From: Scyliorhinus canicula
Lineage: Eukaryota
Direction of reading: 5' to 3'
Assembly (NCBI RefSeq): GCF_902713615.1
Contig: NC_052149.1
Span: forward strand, 126,731,256 to 126,795,255
Length of the DNA: 64,000 nt
The stretch's first letter is position 1. The number at the start of each line of letters is the position of its first letter. Below the pieces are notes generated by a model. The model worked only from the letters and a program-made list of their open reading frames with translations. It was not told the origin of the DNA and searched no databases. A program made the position numbers and the translations under genes. Shown here piece after piece: positions 22,298 to 34,650 of this stretch.

Positions 22298-25200
22298 ACT
22301 TCCGGTGGCGGCGATGCCTGAGTGAGCCGCACATTCGGCGGGCTCTCACTCCGGCGGGGCTTTGGAGCTGATTCCCCGCGATAGCGGGACCACGGGGGGA
22401 AAAATGGCTGCCACGAAAGAGCAGGAGAGCGGGCTGACATCGATGGAACCGTGGGAGGCCAGCAGGTAGGGGAAGAGAGAGAGAGAGAGAGACACGGAGG
22501 CAAGGAGCAGAGGAAACTGACCTGCAACGTAAGATAGCGGACCCACGGACCTTCCTTCCTCCAGGAGAAGAAAAGAAGTTTTGGAGTCGCTTGGACCCAC
22601 TTCAGAGGCCCAGAAGGTAGAAGTTAAGGAGCTGGGAGAAGGAAGGCGGCAGCGAAAGTGCTGAGGAGCGGGCTGCGGCACATGGAACAGCGAGAGTCCA
22701 GAAGGCAGAAGAAGAAGGAGAAAAAGGGACAGAGACAACGACCTGAAGAAACTTACCTGGGACCTAAGATGGCGGACACACGGACCCCGGACTTAGCAAT
22801 CCAGCAGGCGCTGGATAACATGCTCCAGGTAATGAAGTCCAGTTTTGAAGCGCTGAAGCGGGACAGCTTGGACCCAATCCAGGAAGCGGTGGATCAGCTG
22901 AACCAGAGGCTGGACGCCCAGGATGTTAAAGTTAAGGAGCTGGGAGAGGCGGTGGAGGAGCAGGCGGATGCGCAAACGGTTGCAGCGCTAGAAGTTGATG
23001 GCCTGAAAGAGCGGCAGAGAAGACTGCTGGACAGAGTGGAGGAGCTGGAGAATAGAGTCCGCAGGAACAATCTGAGGATGGTCGGCCTCCCGGAGGGGGC
23101 TGAGGGAGCTGATGCTGCAGCGTTTGTAGCAGACCTGCTGAAGCAGCTGATGGGGGCCGAAGCCTTTCCGTGACCGCCGGAGCTGGAGGGGGCACACAGT
23201 GCAGGCAAGGCAGGGGCGGCCGGGCAGACCCCCCCGCCCGATGGTGATTAGGTTCCACAGGTTCGTGGACAAGGAGCGGGTGCTGCAGTGGGCAAAGAGC
23301 GCCAGGAGCAGCACGTGGAACAACAGTGTTCTCCGCATTTATCAGGACCTAAGCCAGGAGGTGGCTCGGCGGCGAGCAGCCTTTAAGAATGTCAAGGAGG
23401 TGCTGTTCAAGAAGCACGTGAAGTTTGGTCTGCTGTTCCCAGCTCGGCTATGGGTCACGCACCAGGGTCAACACCACTACTTCTCCGAGCCCGAAGAAGC
23501 GATGGATTTTGTGAGGGACCTGGGGCTGGTCCCGAAAGGAGGCCCCAAGGACGCGAGTTAGGGCCCGAGGATTACTGTGGGAAGGAGCGCCGAATGTGCC
23601 TGGACTGCTGCTCAACGGTTTGCTGGGCCAAAGGGGCCAAGCGGAACATTTGGGACTCTTTTTCCTTTGTTCATGGACATTGGTTTGGGGGGGTTAACCC
23701 CCCTCTTTCCTTTTTTTTGGGTTTTTTTTGTGGTCTCTCTTGTTTCTTATGGGGGGGGGGGTGGGGGTTGGGTATATATTTTTGTGCTTTTTCCTCTTTT
23801 TTCTGTTTTTTTCTTCTGTTTGGGCTGATTTGTACTTTTTGTGCAGCTCGCGGAAGACACTGGAGCCGGCTTGCCCTAGTGGGTGGGAGAGAGGGATGGG
23901 GCGCCGGGGAGTGGGGAGGAGGACGGGGAAACAATGGGAATGAGACAGGAAGGCGCCGGAGTGTTGAGTCACCGGGCTAGCAGATTGGCTAGTCAAGGGA
24001 GTCAGGTGGGGGGGAAGTCACAGCCAGTAGATGGCAGGGGTGGGGGTATCGGGGGATGGGGTTGGGGGGGTGGGGTTGTTCTGCTGACGGGGGAGGGACT
24101 TGAAATAGGCACTGGAAAGGAGGTCGAGGGTGGAGGCAGCCAAAGGGCGGGCCAGGAATGGCGCGACGCACGGGCCAGGGGCCGGCCCGAGAAAGGCTAT
24201 GGCTGACCGGCGGGGTGGGGGGGGTGGGATGTGCCCCCCGCTCAGGCTGATCACCTGGAACGTCAAGGGACTGAATGGGCCTGTTAAGAGGGCGCGGGTG
24301 TTCGCGCACTTGCGGGCCCTGAGGGCGGACGTAATTATTTTGCAGGAGACACATCTGAAAGTGTCTGACCAGACCAGGCTAAGGAAGGGCTGGATTAGCC
24401 AGGTCTTCCACTCGGACTTGGACTCGAAGTCCAGAGGGGTGGCAATCATGATCAACAAGCGCGTGCAATTTGAGGCAGAGGGCATATCCACAGACAGGGG
24501 GGGCAGATACCTGATGGTACGGGGCAGACTGGAGGGGAGAAGAGTGGTGCTGGTGAATATACATGCCCCGAACTAGGATGACGTGGACTTCATTAAAAGA
24601 GTGCTGGGGAAGATCTGGACCTGGACTCTCGCAGGCTAATAATGGGAGGGGGGGGACTTTAACATGGTCCTTGACCCGGCTTTGGATCGGTCGTGTCCCA
24701 GAACGGGTAGACTCCCAGCAATGGCAAGGGAGCTGAAAGGGTTTATGGAGCAAATGGGGGCAGTGGACCCCTGGAGAGCCAGACAGCCGACAGGAAGGGG
24801 CTACTCATTTTACTCGCACGTCCATAAAGTATATTCTAGGGTAGATTTCTTCGTACTAAGCAGGGATTGTATAGGGGAGGTAAAGAACACGGGATATTCT
24901 GCAATTACTATCTCAGACCATGCCCCGCACTGGGTAGACCTGCAGATCGGGGGAGCGAGCTACCAACGCCCGCAATGGAGGCTAGATGTGGGACTGCTGT
25001 CGGAGGAGGGGGTCTGCGAGAGGCTTCGGAGGTGTATGCAAAATTACCTGCAGGTGAATGACACGGGGGAGGTCTCGGCGGCGACCCTGTGGGAGGCGCT
25101 AAAGGCAGTAGTGCGGGGGGAGCTGATTTCAATTGGGGCCCACAGAGCCAAGGCAGACCGGGCAGAGATGGATAGATTGGTCAGGGAAATGGGTCGGATA

Positions 25201-28200
25201 GATGAAGAGCACGCGGAGTCCCCGGGGGAGGTTTTACTCAGGGAGAGGCAGAGACTACAGGCGGAACTGGGGGCACTATCCACGAGTAGGGCCGTGGAAC
25301 AGCTTAGGAAGGCGAGGGGAGTGGTGTACGAGCATGGGGAAAAGGCTAGCAGACTGTTAGCGCAGCAAGTCAGGAGGAGGGAGGCGGCCAGGGAAATAGG
25401 TACAGTGAGGGACGAGGGGGGGGGGGCGCAAAGTGGAGGACCCGGCAGGATTGAATAAGGTATTCCGGGACTTCTATCGTAAGCTGTATACTTCGGAGCC
25501 GCCGGAAGAACCGGAGGGGATGAAAAGGTTTCTGGACGGGTTAACATTCCCAACAGTTGGGGGGGGGGGGGGGCGAGTGGAAGAGCTGGAGGCCCCGATT
25601 AGAGGAGAGGAGGTATTGGGGGGCCTTAAGGCTATGCAGTCGGGGAAGTCCCCGGGGCCGGATGGATACCCAGTAGAGTTTTATAGGAAGTTCTCTGAGC
25701 TGGTGGGCCCGGTCTTGGCGAGGGTTTTCAATGAGGCAAGGGACAGAGGGACCCTGCCGCCGACAATGTCACAAGCCACCATATCACTGATATTGAAGCG
25801 GGGTAAAGACCCGGAGGCGTGCGGGTCCTACAGGCCAATCTTCCTGATTAATGTAGACGCCAAGCTCCTGGCAAAGGTACTGGCAGGTAGAATGGAGGAC
25901 TGTGTACCGGAGGTGATTGGGGAGGATCAAACGGGGTTCGTGAAAGGTAGGCAGCTGGCGGCCAACCTGAGAAGATTACTTAATGTGATAATGATGCCCC
26001 CGGCGGGTAGAGAGGTGGAGGTAGTGGTGGCGATGGACGCCGAGAAGGCCTTTGACCGGGTGGAGTGGGGCTATCTATGGGAGGTGCTCGGACGGTTTGG
26101 GTTCGGGGAGGGATTGGTGGATTGGATCAAATTATTATATCAGGCCCCGAGGGCCAGCGTCAGGACTAACAGAGAAGTGTCGGAGTACTTTAGGGTGTAC
26201 CGAGGGACCAGACAGGGCTGCCCGCTCTCCCCGCTGCTGTTTGCGCTGGCCATAGAGCCGCTGGCGATTGCGCTGAGAGCCGCAGAGGGTTGGAAGGGGA
26301 TGGTGAGGGGCGGGGTTGAACATAGGGTTTCTCTTTATGCAGACGACCTGCTCCTGTACGTGTCGGACCCAGTGGCCGGGATGGGAACTATACTGGGAAT
26401 GCTGAGGAAGTTCGGCCAGTTCTCAGGATACAAATTAAATACGGTCAAGAGTGAAATGTTTGTGGTCCAGGCAAGGGGCCTGGAAAACAGATTGAAAGGG
26501 CTACCGTTTAGGCTGGTTGAGGAAAATTTCTGGTATTTGGGAATCCAGGTGGCACGAGACTGGGGCAGGCTGCACAAGTTAAATTTGGCCAGGGTGGTGG
26601 AGCAAATGAAGGGAGAGTTTCGGAGATGGGATGCACTCCCGCTGTCGCTGGCAGGGAGGGTGCAGACTGTAAAGATGACAATCCTCCCTCGATTTTTGTT
26701 TATTTTTCAGTGCCTCCCGATCTTTATCCCACAGTCCTTCTTCAAAAGAGTTAACGGGCTGATCATGAGCTTTGTCTGGGCGGGGAAATCCCCGCGGGTG
26801 AAGGAGACGATGTTGGAGAGGAACCGCAGCGAGGGAGGGCTGGCTTTGCCGAGTCTGATTAATTATTACTGGGCAGCCAACATCGCTATGATAAGGAAGT
26901 GGATGGTGGGTACGGGGTCTATTTGGGAGCGGGTGGAGGCGGCTTCGTGCAGGGGCTCCAGCTTGGAAGCCCTGGTCACGGCTCCCCTACCGCTGCCACC
27001 GGCCAAGTACACCGCCAGCCCGGTAGTGGTGGCGACCCTGCAGATATGGGGCCAGTGGAGGAGGCAGGTCGGGGAGGTGGGGGCGTCTGACTGGGTGCCA
27101 ATCTGCGACAACCATCGGTTTGCCCCCGGGGGTATGGATGGGGGGTTCCCAGTATGGCGGCGGGCGGGGGTGGGAAGGGTGGGTGATATGTTCCTGGAAG
27201 GGAGCTTCGCGAGTTTGAGGAGCTTGGAGGAGAAATTTGGTCTGGTAAGGGGAAATGATTTTAGGTACCTACAGTTGCGGGACTTTGTTCGTAGACAGGT
27301 CCCATCTTTCCCACGCCTCCCGCCAATGGGGATCCTCGACAGAATAGTCTCTAGGAAGGAAGAAGGGTAGGGTAGAGTCTCGGGTATATATAAGGTGCTC
27401 ATGAGGGAGGAAGGGTCCCAGACAGAGGAACTGAAACTTAAATGGGAGGAGGAGCTAGGCGGGGAAATGGAGGATGGGCTGTGGGCAGAGGCCCTGAGTA
27501 GGGTCAATTCGACCGCAACATGTGCTAGGCTCAGGCTGATTCAATTTAAGGTCGTTCACCGGGCCCATATGACGGAGGCTCGGATGAGAAAATTCTTTGG
27601 GATAGAGGACAAATGCGCTAGGTGCTCGGGAGGACCAGCGAACCATGTTCACATGTTTTGGGCATGCCCTAAGCTGAGGGGGTACTGGGAGGGATTTGCG
27701 GGGGTCATGTCCCGAGTGCTAAAAACAAGGGTGGTGATGAGTCCAGGGGTGGCAATTTTTGGGGTTTCGGAAGACCCGGGGGTCCAGGGGGAGAAAGAGG
27801 CTGATGTTTTGGCCTTTACTTCCCTGATAGCCCGGCGACGAATATTATTGGCGTGGAGGGACTCAAAGCCCCCGAAGACTGAGTGGTGGCTTGCGGACAT
27901 GTCGAGTTTCCTGGGGATGGAAAAAATTAAGTTCACCTTGAGGGGATCTGTGCAGGGGTTCGCCCGGAGGTGGCAACCATTTATTGACTTCTTTGCGGGA
28001 GAGTGAGCGTCAGCAGGGGGTGGGGGGGAGGGGGTAGAGTAGAGTAGGTGGGAAAATATGGCGGGTAGTACCGGTGGGAGAGGAGCGGGCTTGTGCAATA
28101 TGTTACGAAGGAAGTATTGAAAGTACGTGGATGTTTGCACATTTTTGCCTTTTTTGCTTTCTTTCTGATGGTGTCTGTAACTGTTTATAAAGCCAAAAAC

Positions 28201-28230
28201 TACCTCAATAAAATTGTTTATTAAAAAAAA
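22298..28230 (+). mobile_element. Full-length L1-clade LINE (copy 2), few disabling lesions
   Basis: 5' ACTTCCGGTGGCGG; ORF1 from ~22769 (stop 23171); ORF2 from ~24199 (TAG at 24574, 645-aa RT ORF 25433-27370, CARCSGGPANHVHMFWAC); AATAAA 28207; 16-bp TSD AAAAAGGT(A/G)AACCTGG at 22282-22297 and 28226-28241. Confidence 0.95.
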
Positions 28231-29424
28231 GGTGAACCTGGCGGAAGGACTTCTGTGGGGAGCTGAGGAGGTGAGTAGCCATCTTTACTCACAGGCAAAG
28301 AGCCCGGGGGCACTGGGCTTGCCACCCGAGTGCTGGATGGGGGATGAGGGACCCTCGGCTGGGGATGGGTTTTCCACCGAGGTGTGTGTATCTGCACTGG
28401 TGGAGGGGGGGATGACAGCTGTGACACGATTATAAAGGTTGTATCCTTGGAGATCTCCTCTGAGGTGTTCTGCTCGGAGTCAGGAGAGGGGGCCTCACGG
28501 GAAGGGCTGGCGCCATCGGCTGGAGGACTTGCGGGAGAATGGACATGTGGTCAGTGGGAGGGATGGGCCAGTCAGTAAGGCAATAACAACTCACGTTTGA
28601 CAGGTCCCTGGGTGGATTCTGGTGGTTCCTCACATCAGCAGCATCCGCCAGCCTCCGTGTAGGTGACTAATCTGTCCTCAGTTACACCGTCACATCCAGC
28701 GCCTGTTCCTCAAAGAGGTGAGGATTCTTATGTCCACCAGTCTGGGCACTCTCCCGATGGTTATGGGAGAGCTTTTCCTGAGGAGACACAGAGAGGGCAT
28801 CGTTAGCTACAAGCGTGGTTCACAGTGGTGGGAGAGGGGGGGGTGATGGAGGGGTAAAGTGCTGTTCGACTTTGTTAGTGGGGGGTTAGCGAACGTGATA
28901 TCGTTGAATCAGCTGGTGAGCCTTTATTTGAGACAAGAAATCCGTGAGGCCTCGTCAATGGACCAATTAACGTGGAATAGAGTTGCCGGCTCGCTGGGCT
29001 GAGAGCCGGGAACTTTGCAGCAATTCCCGCTCGCTAACACTTTGAAATGTTTCCGGAGAATTGAGCGCATTATCTGTGAAGCATAATTCTGAAAGTATGA
29101 CTGTGTCTGACCAGTCAGTGGGACAGCTCCCCCAATTCTGACACATGTCCCCAGATATCAGGAAGGAGGGACTTTGTAGGGTCGATAGGGTTGGGTTTGC
29201 CGTTGTTGTTTCCGGGGTCTATGTCGATGCCGGGAGGTCTGTTCGGTTTCATTCTTTTTATAATTTTCAGCGATTTGATACAACTGAGTGGCTATTTCAG
29301 AGTCAACCACATTGCTGTGGGTCTGGAGTCACATGTCGGCCAGACCAGGTAAGGGCGGCAGATTCCCTTCCCTAATGGACATTAGCGAACCAGACGAATT
29401 TTTACGACAATCGACAATGGTTTC

Positions 29425-29828
29425 TGATGTGTTGGGCTGGCTGGGTCGATGTGGACTGCGTTTGATGCAGTGTAGCGAGAGACAGACTTCCAACACTTGA
29501 TGAGATGCAACACGATTTTATTTAACATCTAAACTATTATACATGTTCAACTGTGGGTTGACACTATGCTGACTTGACTGGAGACCTGATGCTAGTCTGA
29601 CCAGACTAACTGACTACCACATGGTGTTTGCACTGGCTGCTGCTCACGAGCTCTGACTGTCTCAGAGGCTGGATCCCGAGAGAGCGGGAAAACTGGTGCC
29701 CTCTGGCTTTATAGTGGCCGTGTCCTGTCTGGTGATTGGCTGCTGTGTTCTGTGTGCTTGCTGGTCATCCTGTGTGTCAATCACTGCCTGTCTGCACTCC
29801 ATTATATACATGGATGTATATTATGACA
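29425..29828 (-). mobile_element. Solo LTR (404 bp)
   Basis: TGATGT...ATGACA ends; near-TSD GTTTC/GTTCC; interrupts the SINE-like head of the CR1. Confidence 0.8.
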
Positions 29829-30559
29829 GTTCCATGGTCACCATTACTGAGACGAGCTTTTAATTCCAGGTTTATTCATTGAATTTAAATTCCACCAGCT
29901 GCCATGGTGGGATTTGAACCTGTGACCAGAGCATTAGCCTGGGCCTCTGGATTACTAGTCCAGTGACATTACCACTACACCACGGCCTCCCCCACATTGT
30001 GCTGTGAGGCTCCATGGAACTGTATCCCAGCATGAAGTGTCCCTCAGGAGGGGAGAGGGAATGTTCGGAGCCCAGAGCTCCATTTCCCAGCCCAGACATT
30101 TTGTCTTCCAATGAATGAATGAGATGCCAATTTGGAGCCAGGTTAGGGATAGTCTCGTGCTGTGGACCCAGGCCTACAAGAGGCAATTGGAGATATCCCT
30201 GAAAGGGAACGATTGGCTGGGTTATGGGGATAGAGAGGGGGAGTGGGACTAATTGGGTAAGTCACAGCACGATGGGCAGAATGGCCTCCTTCTGTGCTGG
30301 AAGATTCGAGGTAGTGGACACGGTTCACAGTTTTTACCTGTGTCAGTAACAAACATCCAGCTGCTCTGAGCCCCTTCTTTCACTTCCTCTGTTGGTTACG
30401 TTTCAATCTTCCGATCTGACAGTCTTTGCTGTTATTTTTTACACTGGGGGTTTCTGCTGTGGTCTGAATCTCTAAAAATAACTGTCCAATCAGTGAAAAG
30501 AACAGCAGCTAAGAGCAGTCAGGACTGAGGAGCCAGGCTCACTGGGAAACACATTGGGA

Positions 30560-31260
30560 AGATCAAAGCCATCGTCTTCAGCTCCCGATATAAACTCCAT
30601 CCCTCTCCCTGAGCTGTCTGCTGCTCAACCAGACTCTTTACAACATTGGCCTCATCTCTCTGTTCCTCCACAATTCCCAGCTTCCCACCATTTAGAAATT
30701 ACTCTGATTTCTCTTTCTTTGGTCCAAAGTGGATGATTTCACAGCCCCACATTGAACTCCATCTGCCATTGTCTTCAGTCCCCATCACAATCTCTGTTCC
30801 CCAGACACTGATTCCATCCTTCTCCCTGGGCCTGTCTGACGCTGAACCACACAGTTCACAGCCATGGTGTCCTATTTGACCCTGAGATGACCTTCCCACC
30901 ACATCATCCACTCCATCACTAAGACGGCCTATTTCCCCCTCGGTAACATCGCCCAAGTCCGTCCTGCCTCACATCATCTGCTGCTGAGAATCTCCTCCAT
31001 GTCTTTGTTCCCTCTAAACGTGACTATTCCAATGCTGTCCTGGCCGGCCTCACACCTACCACCCTCCGTAAACATCAGCTGATCCAAAACTCTGCTGCCT
31101 GGATCTGAACTCACACCAAATCCCGTTTACCCATCACCCCCTCTGCTCACTGACCTACACTGACTCCCGGTCCAGCAATGCCTCGATTTTAAATTCTCAT
31201 CCTTGTTCTCAAACCCCTCCCTGTCCTGCACCCTCCCTATCTCTGTAACCTCCTCCAAGC
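30560..31260 (+). mobile_element. L2-type LINE RT 3' fragment
   Basis: GACTATTCCAATGCTGTCCTGGCCGGCCT...CAGCTGATCCAAAACTCTGCTGCC corresponds to the DY.N..L.GL / LQ.IQN.AA segment of L2. Confidence 0.65.
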
Positions 31261-31409
31261 TGCCTAACTTAGTGTGGTCAGTAACTTGGATATATGTCTC
31301 TCTATTCCTTCATCTAAGTCATTGAGAAATACAGTGAAAAGCTGAGGCTCCAGCTCAGATCCCTGGGGACATCACTATTCACATCTTGCTGATTGGAGTA
31401 CACACACTT

Positions 31410-32093
31410 GGGGTGGGATTCTCCCATCCCGTGCCAGAGTGTCCACGCCATTGTAAACGCTGTCGCGTTTTACGACAGTGTGAACAGGCTGCTGCCAAGA
31501 GTAATTCTGGCCCCAACAGAGGGCCAGAACGGCAATGGAGCAGTTCACGCCACTCCAGCTGCCAATCCCGGCGCTAACTGTACGCCACGGGATCCGTGCA
31601 TGCGCTGTGGTGCCGATGCCGACGCACTCATGCACGGCTTCCTCCTTCAATGTGCCGGCCCCGACGCAACATGGCGCAGTAGTACGGGGGCCGGCGTGTA
31701 GGAATAGAAGTCGGGGGACAGAAAGGCCGGCCTGCCGATCGGTGGGTCCCAATCGCGGGCCAGGCCGCATTGAAGGCCCCCCCGGTGTCGGAGCCCCCCG
31801 CCGGTGTTGTAGCCCCCCCCCCCCCCCCCCCCCCCCCCCACACAGGCCGCCACCCGACCCTTGCACACAGTTAAAATGCTGAGTCCAGCCGGTGCCATCC
31901 ACGCCTGCTCGCTGCCAGCGGGACTCAGCATTTTAACAGCGGCCGCTTGGCCCATCCCGCGGAGAGCGGCCCCCAACCAGCGCCACACCAAACACACGGG
32001 CGCCAGTGGCGACGATCACATGCCGGTGTCGGGGTGGCGTGGCCCGGTCGCGGGGATTCTCCGGCACGGCTCCGGGCTGAGAGAATCCCGCCC
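31410..32093. mobile_element. Harbinger-derived MITE
   Basis: TIRs GGGTGGGATTCTCC / GAGAATCCCGCCC. Confidence 0.75.
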
Positions 32094-32588
32094 ATTATCC
32101 CTGCTCCCTGTCTCCTCCCTCCAAGCTAATTCCTTATCCATGGAAATTGATTTCCTCAAATTCCATATGATTCAGTCTCTTGTTTGGCACCTGGAAATCC
32201 ATCAATATAACATCCACAGACATTCCCTTATCTACCACATTGATGACCTCATTAACAAATCTAACCAGGTTAGTTAAACATGTTTGACCAGTCTCCCCGG
32301 ACAGGCGCCGGAATGTGGCGACTAGGGGCTTTTCACAGTAACTTCATTGAAGCCTACTCGTGACAATAAGCGATTATTATTTCATTTCATTTTTCATTTA
32401 AATCCGTGCTGACTCTCTCGGATCAGTTCATATTTCTGACTGATTTTGTGTCCAATCACAGATTCCAGTCACTTCCCCATAACAGACATTAAACTGAGAT
32501 GTTAGTTGTGAATAACGCTCGTATACAGCTTGCACAGACATGAGGGGCTGAGTAGACTCCTCCTGTACTGGAGATATATCTGGCTCAT

Positions 32589-33574
32589 CAGGTACATCAC
32601 ACTACACAATCCAGTCTGTGTACACAGGTACATAACACTTCACTCTCCAGTCTGTGTACACAGGGACATCACATGTCACAATCCAATCTGTGTGCACATG
32701 TACATCACATTTCACAATCCAGTCTGTGTGCACAGGTACATCACATTTCACAATCCAGTCTGTGTACACAGGGACATCACACTTCACAATCCAGTCTGTG
32801 TACACAGGGACATCACATTTCACAATCCAGTCTGTGTACACAGGTACAACACACTTCACAATCCAGTCTGTGTACACAGGGACATCACACTTCACAATCC
32901 AGTCTGTGTACACAGGTACATCACACTTCACAATCCAGTCTGTGTACACAGGGACATCACACTTCACAATCCAGTCTGTGTACACAGGTACATCACATTT
33001 CACAATCCAGTCTGTGTACACAGGTACTTCACACTTCACAATCCAGTCTGTGTGCACAGGTACATCACACTTCACAATCCAGTCTGTGTACACAGGTACA
33101 TCACACTTCACAATCCAGTCTGTGTACACAGGTACATCACACTTCACAATCCAGTCTGTGTCTACAGGTACAACACACTTCACAGTCCAGTCTGTGTACA
33201 CAGGTACATCACAGTTCACAATCCAGTCTGTGTACACAAGTACATCATACTTCGCAATGCAGTCTGTGTACACAGGTACATCACACTTCACAATCCAGTC
33301 TGTGTACACAGGTACATCACACTTCACAATCCAGTCTGTGTACACAGGTACATCACACTTCACAATCCAGTCTGTGTACACAGGTACATCACACTTCACA
33401 ATCCAGTCTGTGCACACAGGTACATCACACTTTGCAATTCAGTCTGTGTACACAGGTACATCACAGTTCACAATCCAGTCTGTGTACACAGGTAAATCAC
33501 ACTTCACAATGCAGTCTGTGTACACAGGTACATCACACTTCACAATCCAGTTTGTGTACACAATCTAGTCTGTG
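32589..33574 (+). repeat. 36-bp satellite array A (~27 units)
   Basis: Unit CACAATCCAGTCTGTGTACACAGGTACATCACACTT; 12-aa periodic ORFs (HNPVCVHRYITL). Confidence 0.97.
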
Positions 33575-34650
33575 AGAGACCCAGTGCAGTAAATCGGTAT
33601 TGACCGTTTCCTAGTGTCAGGTGTAGTGAGAGACCCGGTGCAGTAAAACGGTATTGACCATTTCCTTGTGTCAGGTGTAGTGAGAGGCGGTGCAGTAAAA
33701 CGGTATTGACCGTTTCCTAGTGTCAGGTGTAGTGAGAGACCCGGTGCAGTAAAACAGTATTGACCGTTTCCTTGTGTCAGGTGTAGTGAGAGACCCGGTG
33801 CAGTAAAACGGTATTGCCCGTTTCCTGGTGTCAGGTGTAGTGAGAGACCCAGTGCAATAAAACGGTATTGACCATTTCCTCGTGTCAGGTATGGTGAGAG
33901 ACACGATGCAGTAAAACGGTATTGACCGTTTCCTAGTGTCAGGTGTAGTGACTGACCCGGTGCAGTAAAACGGTATTGACCGTTTCCTAGTGTCAGGTTT
34001 TGTGACTGACCCTGTGCAGTAAAACGGTATTGACCGTTTCCTAGTGTCAGGTATAGTGAGAGGCGGTGCAGTAAAACGGTATTGACCGTTTCCTAGTGTC
34101 AGGTGTAGTGACTGACCCTGTGCAGTAAAACGGTATTGACCGTTTCCTAGTGTCAGGTGTCGTGAGAGACCCGGTGCAGTAAAACAGTATTGACCATTTC
34201 CTCGTGTCAGGTATAGTGAGAGACACGGTGCAGTAAAACGGTATTGACCGTTTCCCAGTGTCAGGTATAGTGAGAGACGCGATGCAGTAAAACGGTATTG
34301 ACCGTTTCCTAGTGTCAGGTATAATGAGAGGCGGTGCAGTAAAACGGTATTGACCGTTTCCTAGTGTCAGGTATAGTGAGAGACGCGATGCAGTAAAACG
34401 GTATTGACCGTTTCCTAGTGACAGGTGCAGTGAGAGACACTGTGCAGTAAAACGGTATTGACCGTTTCCTAGTGTCAGGTGTAATGAGAGATTCGGTGCA
34501 GTAAAACGGTATTGACCGTTTCCTAGTGTCAGGTGTGGTGACTGACCCGGTGCAGTAAAACGGTATTAACCGTTTCCTAGTGTCAGGTGTAGTGAGAGAC
34601 ACTGTGCAGTAAAACGGTATTGACCGTTTCCTTGTGTCAGGTGTAGTGAG
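33564..34650. repeat. 54-bp hairpin minisatellite, array 1 (arrays 2 and 3 at ~36270-37440 and ~39092-40370)
   Basis: Unit GTGCAGTAAAACGGTATTGACCGTTTCCTAGTGTCAGGTGTAGTGAGAGACCCG; 18-aa periodic ORFs. Confidence 0.95.

Larger units (their letters stand above)
21756..29068. mobile_element. Non-autonomous Harbinger element carrying a Myb-gene exon remnant; hosts an HE1 and L1 copy 2
   Basis: TIRs GGGCACAATTCTCC / GGAGAATTGAGCGC; TSD GTT/ATT. Minus-strand exon after CTCCTCAG reads EKLSHNHRESAQTGG (~28740-28782), homologous to EKATHSRREREESGGG at ~52850. Confidence 0.78.
19960..29990 (-). mobile_element. CR1-group LINE with a tRNA/Deu SINE-like 5' head, split by a 7.3-kb nested Harbinger/L1 insertion and a solo LTR
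   Basis: RT (GVAQGSVQGPTIFSCFINDL, MFADD; ORF 20069-20542) and APE (PGYVLSHQQDRPSRGGG). The start of APE (GELSH-like) lies at 29070-29150. The host sequence rejoins exactly across 21755/29072. Confidence 0.78.
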
